Source of the DNA: an uncultured Erysipelothrix sp.
Lineage (GTDB): Bacteria > Bacillota_I > Bacilli_A > Erysipelotrichales > Erysipelotrichaceae
Assembly: GCA_964479585.1 (NCBI GenBank)
Contig: CAYZMP010000003.1
Span: 5,045-69,044, forward strand
Length of the DNA stretch: 64,000 nucleotides
Direction of reading: 5' to 3'
The notes beneath the pieces are model-generated. The model was not told the DNA's origin, did not search any database, and saw nothing but the letters and a program-made list of their open reading frames with translations. The position numbers were made by a program, and so were the translations under genes. Shown here piece after piece: positions 47,115-56,505 of this stretch. Within the stretch, counting starts at the first letter, position 1. Every line of letters begins with the position of its first letter.

Positions 47115-48347
47115 TTAAACATACAGTTCAACACACTTCTCTAATGTAATCTCACTTACAACTCTTAAAAATTCATCCACTTCTTCTTTTGTATTGTAAA
47201 AGTAAAAACTAGCACGAATTGTCTCTGATGTTTGTAATAAATCCATTAAAATTTTCGCACAATGATTACCAGCTCGAACAGCTATGTGATTTGCATTTAT
47301 ATAGCTCGCAGCATCTTGAGCAAAGATTCCTTTTACATTAAACGTAATAATACCTGTATCTGTATTTGGATTATACAGTTCAATATGATCCATTTTCTTT
47401 AGCTCTTCAATCACATATGTCCTTAAAGTGTGTTCATAAGATTGGATGTTCTCCATCCCTATATTCATTAAGTATTTCACAGCAGATTCAAAACCTAATA
47501 CTGCTTCAATTGCTGGAGTTCCAGCCTCGAACTTGTATGGTGGATTTTTTAGTAAGATATTTCCACAAATATCAAACCGAGCATTACTGCCTCCGCCCAA
47601 AATAAATGGATCTGTCTGCTCTAATAACTCATATTTCCCATATAGTGCACCAACTCCTGTTGGACCCACCATTTTATGTGCTGAAAACGCTAAAAAATCA
47701 ACGTCCCAATCCTTTACATCGGTTGGTATATGAGGCACTGATTGAGCTCCATCAACTACCACAATTGCACCATACTCATGTGCAATTTCAATAATTTCTT
47801 TTATAGGAGCAATATATCCTAACACGTTTGTAATACTTGCTAATGTGACAACTTTAACTTTTTCATTCATCACTTTTTTAAAGTTTTCAACAGTAAGCTC
47901 TCCTGATTTAGTAAGCGGAATAAACTCTAACACAGCTTTGGTTTCTTCAACCGTCTTAAACCATGGAAGAATATTTGATGCATGTTCTGCTTCTGTTGAT
48001 AAAACTATATCTCCTGGTTTTAAGTATTTTCTACCCCAACCATAAGCAACAAGATTCAATGAAGCAGACGCTCCTGAAGTAAACACAATTTCATTAGCTT
48101 GAGCATTTATAAACGTAGCTATTGTCTCACGTGCATTTTCGTATTCGTTAGAGACTTGATATGACAAATCATAATCACCACGATGAATATTTACGGATGC
48201 TTCAGTATAGTATCTTAAGACAGAATCAATTACTGACTGTGGTTTAAATGTTGTCGCTGCATTATCAAAATAGATAACGTTGTTTTCTTTACCATTTTTA
48301 TCTATTAACATTGGAAAATCTTTACGGATCTCCCTTACATCAAACAT
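47115..48347 (-). CDS. sufS: cysteine desulfurase SufS
   Basis: IYFDNAATT, HRG, FSAHKM.GPTG PLP-lysine and RAGNHCA active-site Cys loop. Confidence 0.93.
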   Translation of the reverse strand: MFDVREIRKDFPMLIDKNGKENNVIYFDNAATTFKPQSVIDSVLRYYTEASVNIHRGDYDLSYQVSNEYENARETIATFINAQANEIVFTSGASASLNLVAYGWGRKYLKPGDIVLSTEAEHASNILPWFKTVEETKAVLEFIPLTKSGELTVENFKKVMNEKVKVVTLASITNVLGYIAPIKEIIEIAHEYGAIVVVDGAQSVPHIPTDVKDWDVDFLAFSAHKMVGPTGVGALYGKYELLEQTDPFILGGGSNARFDICGNILLKNPPYKFEAGTPAIEAVLGFESAVKYLMNIGMENIQSYEHTLRTYVIEELKKMDHIELYNPNTDTGIITFNVKGIFAQDAASYINANHIAVRAGNHCAKILMDLLQTSETIRASFYFYNTKEEVDEFLRVVSEITLEKCVELYV

Positions 48348-49162
48348 GAATTACTCACTTTCTCTATTACTGCTTCTTTTAGTGTTTCTTTAACATTCTC
48401 ATCTTCTATAACATCCACTATAGGTAGTAAATACCCAAGTGAGATTAATTTTAGAGCTTCTCCTTTAGCCATTCCTCTTGATTGTAAATAGTAAACCTGT
48501 AGGGGATCTGGCTGACCCATCGAAGCGGCATGAGATGCTTCAACATCATTCTCATCAATGATTAACTTTGGATTAACTGATGTCTTAGGCTTTAATCCGA
48601 AGTTCATCACGCGACTAATCTGGTGTGTTTTAGAGTTTTTTGCTGCTTTTTCAATTTGACCAATAACATCAAGTGTATATTCACATTCTTGTAAAACAAT
48701 TCCATAGTTGTCTAATTGTGCAAAGGTGTTTCCCTTGTAATGAATAACCTTCATTTCGGTTAATAGTTTAGATTGAACTAGGTTTGCTCCCCGAACATTT
48801 ATCGAAGAGCCCTCTTCAAATAGATGATACAGAATTTTCTTAGAATGATTACCTGTCGTTAATTCACCGATCGCTAGTTGGACATTTGCATTTTTCTTTA
48901 AGTTCCAATTTTCAACAAAAGAAATAGCTTCATCACTTTCATTCATCATCAAAACTGACCAGTTTGCATTTTCAAGCACCGATACTGTCAAATTTAAAGT
49001 TCCATTACCTCGAACTTTTATATAGCAACTACCAAATGTATTCTCACCAATTGTGATCTGTAAATCCATCTCATCTTGAACATAAACATCAACAATCTGT
49101 AAAGAATCATCTTTTAAAGTAATTGTCTTTGATTCATTTACAGAAATGTTAGATGTTGTCAT
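48335..49162 (-). CDS. sufD: SufD-like Fe-S assembly protein (short, 275 aa)
   Basis: C-terminal beta-helix and helical region with ..HAASMGQ.D..QVYYLQSRGM... Sits between sufC and sufS. Confidence 0.8.
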   Translation of the reverse strand: MTTSNISVNESKTITLKDDSLQIVDVYVQDEMDLQITIGENTFGSCYIKVRGNGTLNLTVSVLENANWSVLMMNESDEAISFVENWNLKKNANVQLAIGELTTGNHSKKILYHLFEEGSSINVRGANLVQSKLLTEMKVIHYKGNTFAQLDNYGIVLQECEYTLDVIGQIEKAAKNSKTHQISRVMNFGLKPKTSVNPKLIIDENDVEASHAASMGQPDPLQVYYLQSRGMAKGEALKLISLGYLLPIVDVIEDENVKETLKEAVIEKVSNSCLM

Positions 49163-49991
49163 TTTTGTTACCTCTTGGTTGATTTACCGCACAAGAAACA
49201 ATGCTTACCGTCTTTTTCTTCTCGACTTCTTCACTTGCTATTTGAACTCCAACTTCATCTGCAACCCATTCATAACCTTCTTGGTCAATTCTGGTTACAA
49301 GTGATGCGTCAGAGCTCATTACAATTCGACCATCAAGCATTACATGCGTGTGTGTCGGTGTAATTAAATGGAAAAATCGTTCATAGTGTGAAACGATAAT
49401 CATTCCCATTTCTCTTTCATTAACCATATCATTGATAACATTAGCTACAATACGTAATGCATCAATGTCTAGACCTGAATCGATTTCATCAAGCATTGCA
49501 ATTTTTGGATTCAATAACAACATTTGCAAAATCTCATTACGTTTTTTCTCTCCACCTGAAAAACCTTCATTAACATATCGATGTGCTAAATCCGATTTCA
49601 TCTCAAGCTTATCAATTGCACCTTCCATTTCTTTAATAAATGAAAACAGTGACACTGGTGTCTCTCTACGTGCATTCATTGCAGCTTTAAGAAAGTCTGA
49701 ATTAGTTACTCCAGAAACTTCCTGTGGGTATTGCATCCCTAAAAACAAACCAACTTTACTTCTTTCATCAACTTCCATGGCTAACACATCCTCACCATCG
49801 AAAGTAATCGTACCTTCTGTTACCTCATATTTGGGATGTCCCATTATAGTAGAAACTAATGTTGATTTACCATTACCATTAGGTCCCATAAGAGCATGAA
49901 TTTCATTTGACTTAACTGTTAAATCAACGCCCTTTAGAATTTTATTTCCTTCAATCTCTACATGTAGATTTTCAATTTTTAATACTGACAT
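49149..49991 (-). CDS. sufC: Fe-S cluster assembly ATPase SufC
   Basis: Start at ATG 49991 (MSVLKIENLHV). Walker A GPNGNGKST, signature FSGGEKKR and Walker B AMLDEIDSGLD. Confidence 0.93.
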   Translation of the reverse strand: MSVLKIENLHVEIEGNKILKGVDLTVKSNEIHALMGPNGNGKSTLVSTIMGHPKYEVTEGTITFDGEDVLAMEVDERSKVGLFLGMQYPQEVSGVTNSDFLKAAMNARRETPVSLFSFIKEMEGAIDKLEMKSDLAHRYVNEGFSGGEKKRNEILQMLLLNPKIAMLDEIDSGLDIDALRIVANVINDMVNEREMGMIIVSHYERFFHLITPTHTHVMLDGRIVMSSDASLVTRIDQEGYEWVADEVGVQIASEEVEKKKTVSIVSCAVNQPRGNKNDNI

Positions 49992-50015
49992 TATATACCT
50001 ATCCTTCCTTAGCAT

Positions 50016-50044
50016 ATTCTACCAAAATGTCAACCTTGACTCAA
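50016..50044 (-). promoter_or_regulatory. suf operon promoter with an embedded palindromic operator
   Basis: Minus strand TTGAGT, 17 nt, TAGAAT. The spacer/-35 region contains the 12-bp palindrome GTCAAGGTTGAC (50029-50040). Confidence 0.45.
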
Positions 50045-50174
50045 TGAAAACGATTATATTAATTACATTAAACGTATTATCATCAAAAGTCATGAGTTGC
50101 ACTTTTAAACAAGCATCTTTCATTGCATTTATGGTCTGTTTCTTTTATAATGGATGAGTTACAAGGAGGTTTGT

Positions 50175-51161
50175 ATGCAAGAAATATTAAAGAAGTTTTG
50201 GTTTGTCATCCTTGTTGGTATCTTATTCTCTATTGCAATTGGATACTACGTTGTTGATCAAAGCAAAAATATATTAAAAGGAAAAACTGTCGACGGTAAT
50301 GATATCGTCTTTGAAATTAACAATCAAGATATAACTGCTGATGAGTTTTATTATGAGTTAATAGATCAGATTGGCATTTCTGCTGCTTATTCATTAATTG
50401 AAAGAGCTGTTGTTGAACAACTTGGTGAGATTGATCAAGATACACAGTCAGAAGCAAGAATACAATCAGAACTATTGATTGAAAACTTTAAAAATCAATA
50501 TGGGGATGGTTATGAAGCAATCTTATTGCGATCATTACAAGCAGTAGGTTATCAAACGATTGATGGATTAACTGATTACTTTGAACATTTATATAAGCTT
50601 GATGAGTTGACCTTAGAATATTTATTCGGCAATGAAAGTGAATTCATCACTCCATTTGTTGAAGATTCTAAACCAAGAAAAGTAAGTCATATTCTCATAG
50701 CTATGGATGATCCAAATAATCCCACTGAAGAAGAACAAACAAAATGGGACAATGCAATTGCAGCATTGGAATCCAACGAAACATTTGAAGAGGTCGCAAC
50801 AACATATTCTGATGATGTGCAAAGCGCAGCAAACAATGGTAGTCTAGGTTACATGGATGCAAGCACACAATTTGTTCCTGAATTTTTAAATGCTGCTTTA
50901 GCACTTGAAAATGTCAACGACCTAAGTGATTGGGTGAAAACATCCTACGGTTATCATTTAATTCGATTGGATGCTGTAGCTCTAAGTGAACTAAGAGAAG
51001 AAAACTCATTTAAAGAAGCTCTAATCTCATTCAATGTTTCAGCACAGCAACAAATGATTTTGAATTATGCTAAAGAACTAGGTCTTTCATTTAATGGTGA
51101 ACAACTTGAAAGTTTAATGGAACAATTAGAAAATTTCATCAATCCAACGGAGGTAGAGTAA
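50175..51161 (+). CDS. PpiC/parvulin-type peptidyl-prolyl isomerase (PrsA-like, membrane-anchored)
   Basis: ATG 50175 follows AGGAGG. N-terminal anchor. Parvulin core VSHILIAM...GSLGYMD...FVPEF...SYGYHLIRL. Confidence 0.85.
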   Translation: MQEILKKFWFVILVGILFSIAIGYYVVDQSKNILKGKTVDGNDIVFEINNQDITADEFYYELIDQIGISAAYSLIERAVVEQLGEIDQDTQSEARIQSELLIENFKNQYGDGYEAILLRSLQAVGYQTIDGLTDYFEHLYKLDELTLEYLFGNESEFITPFVEDSKPRKVSHILIAMDDPNNPTEEEQTKWDNAIAALESNETFEEVATTYSDDVQSAANNGSLGYMDASTQFVPEFLNAALALENVNDLSDWVKTSYGYHLIRLDAVALSELREENSFKEALISFNVSAQQQMILNYAKELGLSFNGEQLESLMEQLENFINPTEVE

Positions 51162-51162
51162 T

Positions 51163-52026
51163 ATGAAAAAACTATTAATCGTGTTAATTATGTCCGTTGC
51201 ATTAGTAGGTTGCTCTGATGCGGTGGTTAATGTAACAAACCCAAAAGAAACAGCAATCACAGTTGGTGATGTATCCTTTACTAAAGAACACCTGTTTTCA
51301 TTATTGAAGAATCAAGATCCAGCAACACTAGTCGTTGAAATGGCCAAGAGAAAAATACTTGATGAAAAACAACCTGTTGATGATGATATCCGTGCAAAAG
51401 CACAAGAAGAGCTTGATTATGTAAAGGAAGTGTTTGGAGATTCATTCTCAAATTCCCTTGCTTCGTATGGATTTAGTAGCGAAGAAGAATACTTAGAAAA
51501 AGCTCTTATTCCCAATGCTCAAGAAGTTGCACTAGTATCTAACTTCATTAATGAAAATTTTGATTTGATGATTACTACTTACAACCCTAAACAAGTAAGA
51601 ATTATTGAATTTACAGAAATCACTGATGCAACAGAAGCATTACAAGCAATTCGTGATGGAGAAAATGTTGAGGAAGTAGCTGAACGTTTATCAAACTCAT
51701 TATCATACAATGGGACATTACGATTGGTTCATACTGAAACATCATTACCAAGTGAAGTAAAAGATTTTATTACACAAAATGAAGTTCCTACACTTACCGC
51801 TAATCCTATCGAAGATGCTAATTCAGGAAGATATTATGTAGTTCAAATCATAGAAGTAAATCCTTCCAGATTTCAAGAAGAAACGATAGAGGAACTATCA
51901 AATTTAAACTCCATCAACGAAATGATGTTCATCGATTATTTCGAGCAAGGAAACTTTAATGTTTATGATAAAACAATTTACGATGCTATGATGCAATCTT
52001 ACAGAAATTATTTACCAAACCGCTAG
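51163..52026 (+). CDS. lipoprotein, SurA-N/PrsA-N-like chaperone domain without a parvulin core
   Basis: Lipobox ALVGCS. Helical acidic protein located 1 nt after the prsA-like gene. Confidence 0.55.
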   Translation: MKKLLIVLIMSVALVGCSDAVVNVTNPKETAITVGDVSFTKEHLFSLLKNQDPATLVVEMAKRKILDEKQPVDDDIRAKAQEELDYVKEVFGDSFSNSLASYGFSSEEEYLEKALIPNAQEVALVSNFINENFDLMITTYNPKQVRIIEFTEITDATEALQAIRDGENVEEVAERLSNSLSYNGTLRLVHTETSLPSEVKDFITQNEVPTLTANPIEDANSGRYYVVQIIEVNPSRFQEETIEELSNLNSINEMMFIDYFEQGNFNVYDKTIYDAMMQSYRNYLPNR

Positions 52027-52068
52027 TAAAAGCGGTTTTTTTTTATTATGATAAGAATAGGAGGTATA

Positions 52069-52470
52069 GTTATGTGTTTATTTTGTAAGATTTCCAACAA
52101 GGACATACCAGCAAAAATTGTTTATGAAGATGAACATGTCATGGCATTTTTAGATATTTCTCAAACAACAAAAGGACATACTTTAGTGATTCCAAAAATC
52201 CATACTAACAACTTTTTGGAATGCCCTCCAGAGTACTTGAATCATGTCGCCATTGCTAGTTCAATGATTAGTAATCATTTAATGCAGAAATTAAATGCTA
52301 AAGGAATGAATGTAATAACTAACATCGAAAAAGCTGCAGGGCAAACAATTATGCACTATCATGTTCATCTTATTCCAAGATATGATGAGACCGATGGTAT
52401 TACTTTAAACTTTAAAGAAAACAAAAACATCGATTTAGACGAACTATTATTAAACATTAAAATAGATTGA
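52069..52470 (+). CDS. HIT-family nucleotide hydrolase (Hint-like)
   Basis: MCLFCKI..DIPAKIVYEDEHVMAFLDI and the HYHVHLIP histidine triad. AGGAGG RBS. Confidence 0.9.
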   Translation, partial: VMCLFCKISNKDIPAKIVYEDEHVMAFLDISQTTKGHTLVIPKIHTNNFLECPPEYLNHVAIASSMISNHLMQKLNAKGMNVITNIEKAAGQTIMHYHVHLIPRYDETDGITLNFKENKNIDLDELLLNIKID

Positions 52471-52471
52471 T

Positions 52472-52520
52472 AAAAAAACAGTTGCTTTAGACCATTAGGT
52501 TTAATCACAACTGTTTTTTA
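52472..52520. terminator. bidirectional terminator between the hit and yhaM genes
   Basis: AACAGTTG...CAACTGTT stem with an inner imperfect stem, flanked by an A-run and a T-run. Confidence 0.5.
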
Positions 52521-53447
52521 CTATTTACTTCTATAAAAACTTCTATTTTCTAGTGAGAATATTCTAGGGGAGAAAGATTTAGGTTCTGTTGATTCGATCA
52601 TTTTTTCAAACATATTTATTCTTGCATCTAAATTATCAATGATGTTAAGTATCTCAGCCTCTGGTACCATCGGCAGTACCGGAGAACCATATTCATATTG
52701 CCCATGATGAGACAACACTAAATGCATTAATAAGATTGTTTGTTCTTCTTCGTGTACAGAAAGGCTTTTTGCTACTTCATAAATAATGGAAGACATCATC
52801 GAGATATGACCAAGCAGTTTACCTTTTAAAGTGTATTCCGTAACTATTGGACCAGATAACTCGAACACCTTACCAATATCATGAAGCAAGATTCCAGAAA
52901 CTAACAAGTCACGATTAATGATTTCATGTTTAGTTGCTAAAAACTCACCAATTTCAACCATAGAAGCAACGTGCGTTGCTAGCCCACCTAATGAATCATG
53001 ATGGTTTTTCGATGCAGCTGGAAACTCAAAGAATTCAACATGATATCTTTTAAATATTTCCTTTGTTATTGCTTTATAAACAGGATCATTTATTGACTCA
53101 ATTGTTTTTGAAATTTGTGCCTTTAAATCTTCAATCGGTACATTTGTCTTTTCAACAAAATCTTCTAGTTCAAAGTTTTCATTGCATTCTAACACATTAT
53201 GAATTCGAACTTGCAATGTATTTCTATACTTTAAAACCTCTCCAACTACTTGAATTATAGATCCTGGTTTAATAATTGATAATTGCTCATCCTTTACATC
53301 CCATAGTTTGCCATCAATTGTACCACTTTTATCTTGTAAAACTACTGAAAGATAAGGCGCTCCAGATGTTGTAATTCCTTGGGTTAACTGTGAAACAAGC
53401 AAAGGTTGGTCAATCTTCTCTTTTTCTTTAAACTGATTAATCGTCAT
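52521..53447 (-). CDS. yhaM: 3'-5' exoribonuclease YhaM (OB-fold plus HD domain)
   Basis: N-terminal OB fold (..DKSG.IDGKLWD..) and HD-domain motifs HH.S.GGLA.H, LLHDIGK and SHHG. Confidence 0.85.
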   Translation of the reverse strand: MTINQFKEKEKIDQPLLVSQLTQGITTSGAPYLSVVLQDKSGTIDGKLWDVKDEQLSIIKPGSIIQVVGEVLKYRNTLQVRIHNVLECNENFELEDFVEKTNVPIEDLKAQISKTIESINDPVYKAITKEIFKRYHVEFFEFPAASKNHHDSLGGLATHVASMVEIGEFLATKHEIINRDLLVSGILLHDIGKVFELSGPIVTEYTLKGKLLGHISMMSSIIYEVAKSLSVHEEEQTILLMHLVLSHHGQYEYGSPVLPMVPEAEILNIIDNLDARINMFEKMIESTEPKSFSPRIFSLENRSFYRSK

Positions 53448-55437
53448 AATTAAACTCCCCTTCTATTTCTCTCATTATCTCTGAAACTAAACTAAGTTCA
53501 AATCCTTTTTTGGCAACCGCAGATGCAATTTTCCTTCGTTTAGACTTTGGATCTTTAATATTCAAACGAGTGTAATACTCTTGCATTTTTAAAGCATACT
53601 TCATACAGTTCTCTCGTTCACTTTTCTCTAGTTTTGAGTAGTTTAATGCCGCAACGGCATTATCCGCAATAATACTATCATATCCTCTATATATCAATTT
53701 TCTTCTTATTTTTTCCTTAGCACTATAAACAGAAGGCTCATTGATATTTTTCAATAATTGTCGAGCATATTTGATTGCTGATTCTCTTTCAACCTTAAAA
53801 TCATGTCGATATAAATACTTATCGATTAATTCAGTAGGGATTCCTCTATTTCGAAGATCTAATACAATTTTATGCTTACCCAGCAATTTTTCACTCATTG
53901 AATCAAATTGATCTTTAACGATGCTTTCATCATCAATTAAGTTCTGTGCTTTTAAAATGGAAACCACCAAATTCATTTGTTGTGCATTGAGACCAGTTTT
54001 TTCCATTAAATAATCATAAACTTCTTTTTGAGTTCTGTCTTTATATGAAATTTTCCGAACACAAATTTGATATGCCGATGCAACTTTTTCATCCTCTAAC
54101 AATTGAGAAAGATCGTCTTTAGTAATCATTTTACCTTCTTCCATCTTCTTTTTTTCACATGTTTCTTTAAAAATCGTCAACTCAATATTATCATATGGGC
54201 TAGTTAATTCAAGTTTAGCATACTTAGTTGAGTAATGTATTTTTTGAATTGTATAATTTGAGTTGTAAATTTTGTGAGCCATAATATAAGCTTCAACTAT
54301 TCTATCAGAAAATGTCCTTTTATCATATATCTGTACTTTATTTTTCGCACAAAGCAACATTTCTCTTTGCTTATTTTCATCAATAGTAAAATATTCTAAA
54401 ATTCTATGTGCTAGTGAGCAATAATCCTCAAAATAGAAACCTGTTTCATCATTAATAATTAAGTCACTTATTGCCTCATCATACCTTGCAAAAACCATAA
54501 GACCACTTGCCATTGCTTCTACAAATGTAAGCCCTTGAGTTTCTGTTGTGGATGCTGAGACAAAGACATCTGCCATATGGTATATATCCGCAATTTCACT
54601 GTTGTCTATTTTACCAAGAAACAATACAGAATCTTGAAGATTTTTTACTTTAACAACATGTTTTAGTTCTTCTTCTGCAGGACCTGAACCAACAATAATA
54701 CACTTAATATTATTATTTATCTTTGCAATTTCTTCAAATCCATTGATGACTACATCAATACTTTTTTCTTTTGCTAAACGACCGACATAAAGAACAATTT
54801 TATCTTCATTGCTTAAACCTAGAGAATTTTTCATAGTATCAATTTTCTCTTGATTTTTATGTTCATTATCAAAACGCTCTAAATTGAGCCCTGTAGGTAT
54901 TACAACAATTTCTCGTTTAATGCCATATCGTACTAGCATCTCTTTTGTCTTATTTGAAGGTGCTATAATTACACTGCTTGATGACCCAAACAATCGACTT
55001 AGTTTAATGATTGCTTTTTTGGCTATACTTTCTACTGATTTTAAGTTGAAAGTATTCACATAATGGGTATAGTCTTCATATGTCGTATGATATGTGGATA
55101 CTATTGGTAGTTTTAACATCTTCCCGATCACATGACCAAAAACACCCACTCCAAATTCTGTATGCACATGAATAACATCTAAGTTCATTTCTTTAACGAT
55201 ACGATAAGCACGCAGTTGCACTGGTGTTGTAAGAACATAACCGTACATTCTCTTAATTTCAATTCCAGGTAAACGCAAAACATTGTTTTCATAAGACAAA
55301 TGGTACAACCCATGTTTTGTAGTTACAACAAAAACATCATGTCCTGCTTCAATGAGTGACTCCTGTAAAGTAACAATTGAGCTAACAACACCATTAATAT
55401 CTGGGGAATATGTATCACTAAATATACCAATTCTCAT
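53437..55437 (-). CDS. GT4 glycosyltransferase (alpha-monoglucosyl-diacylglycerol synthase-like) fused to a full-length RecX domain
   Basis: aa 1 to about 395: MRIGIFSDTYSPDINGVV... and the ..E.QGLTFVEAMASG.. GT4 EX7E region. aa about 400-666: Firmicute RecX pattern (YTIQKIHY..., ..ISYKDRTQKEVYDYLMEK.., ..LIDDESIVKDQF.., ..LDLRNRGIPTELI.., three repeats). One uninterrupted ORF. Confidence 0.8.
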   Translation of the reverse strand: MRIGIFSDTYSPDINGVVSSIVTLQESLIEAGHDVFVVTTKHGLYHLSYENNVLRLPGIEIKRMYGYVLTTPVQLRAYRIVKEMNLDVIHVHTEFGVGVFGHVIGKMLKLPIVSTYHTTYEDYTHYVNTFNLKSVESIAKKAIIKLSRLFGSSSSVIIAPSNKTKEMLVRYGIKREIVVIPTGLNLERFDNEHKNQEKIDTMKNSLGLSNEDKIVLYVGRLAKEKSIDVVINGFEEIAKINNNIKCIIVGSGPAEEELKHVVKVKNLQDSVLFLGKIDNSEIADIYHMADVFVSASTTETQGLTFVEAMASGLMVFARYDEAISDLIINDETGFYFEDYCSLAHRILEYFTIDENKQREMLLCAKNKVQIYDKRTFSDRIVEAYIMAHKIYNSNYTIQKIHYSTKYAKLELTSPYDNIELTIFKETCEKKKMEEGKMITKDDLSQLLEDEKVASAYQICVRKISYKDRTQKEVYDYLMEKTGLNAQQMNLVVSILKAQNLIDDESIVKDQFDSMSEKLLGKHKIVLDLRNRGIPTELIDKYLYRHDFKVERESAIKYARQLLKNINEPSVYSAKEKIRRKLIYRGYDSIIADNAVAALNYSKLEKSERENCMKYALKMQEYYTRLNIKDPKSKRRKIASAVAKKGFELSLVSEIMREIEGEFNYDD

Positions 55438-55449
55438 ATCTTCACCTGT

Positions 55450-56454
55450 TTATTCGTTGTTTAAAACATACTCATATACTTTCTTTAATTCTTCCCCCAC
55501 AATGTGCAAACTTCTTTGTTGTGCAGTCTCATAGGCATTTCTATCTAGACTCTTCACTTGCTTGTTGACGACTTTACTTATAATATCAACAAAATCATCG
55601 TTTGTCTTTCCTTTATAACAATTAACTCCATCCACAAGCCAATCTTCATATACACCTATATCACGAACAATTATATCTTGTCTTGCGGCAAGTGCCTCAA
55701 GCACAACAATCCCTTCTGTTTCCTCATAGGATGGAAAAAAGAAAGCATCAGCACAGGAATATGCACCTTCAAATATCGGTCCTTTAATATAACCTGGCAT
55801 TATAACATTCTTAGGTAAATCACTAATTGCTTCTCTAACTTCTGTCAGTGTCGCAAACTTAGGTGTATGTCCAAACCAAATAAAGGTATATTCAGGTAAC
55901 TGTTTTGCAACTTGAATAAAATCAATAATTCCTTTTCGTTTGATTTGCATTCCTGCACTTATAATAACTTTGTCATTTTTCTTTAAATAAAAGTAGTTAT
56001 AGAACGCTTCTGCTTTATGTGGATCATATTGATACTTACTAGTATCTACACCATTACTTATTGCAAAGATTGGAATTTCGATATTATAGTTTTCCAACAA
56101 TTTTTTACTATATAAAGTTGGAGTAATAATGCAATCAGCACTTGAATACATGTTAGTCAAGTGTTTCTTAAACAGTGGCGCAATTTTGTTAGAGAGAATA
56201 AACGAATCTCGAAAATCTTCTTCTGTTGAATGTGCATGATAAATAACCTTTTTATTATGTCTTCTTGCTTGAGAGATAATCAATGGACTAGTAAATCCAA
56301 CAGTGTTTATATGAAGGATATCATAATCATCTTTAGGATCAATGGTATACTCAACATTTGCATAAGAAAGAGCAGCCATTTGATGTTTCATGGCTCTACC
56401 AATCCCTGATTTTGAGATGATGGATTCTCCCTCAAAATAAAGCAATACTTTCAT
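55450..56454 (-). CDS. GT4 glycosyltransferase (CpoA/diglycosyl-diacylglycerol synthase-like)
   Basis: 334 aa. SKSGIGRA N-terminus. FFFPSYEETEGIVVLEALA EX7E motif. Confidence 0.8.
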   Translation of the reverse strand: MKVLLYFEGESIISKSGIGRAMKHQMAALSYANVEYTIDPKDDYDILHINTVGFTSPLIISQARRHNKKVIYHAHSTEEDFRDSFILSNKIAPLFKKHLTNMYSSADCIITPTLYSKKLLENYNIEIPIFAISNGVDTSKYQYDPHKAEAFYNYFYLKKNDKVIISAGMQIKRKGIIDFIQVAKQLPEYTFIWFGHTPKFATLTEVREAISDLPKNVIMPGYIKGPIFEGAYSCADAFFFPSYEETEGIVVLEALAARQDIIVRDIGVYEDWLVDGVNCYKGKTNDDFVDIISKVVNKQVKSLDRNAYETAQQRSLHIVGEELKKVYEYVLNNE

Positions 56455-56464
56455 GCATCCTCCA

Positions 56465-56495
56465 CTTAAAAAATCAGAGTGCTTAGCACTCTGAT
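56465..56495 (-). terminator. rho-independent terminator after nifJ
   Basis: Minus strand 11-bp stem AATCAGAGTGC/GCACTCTGATT followed by TTTTT. Confidence 0.7.
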
Positions 56496-56505
56496 TGTTT
56501 TATCT

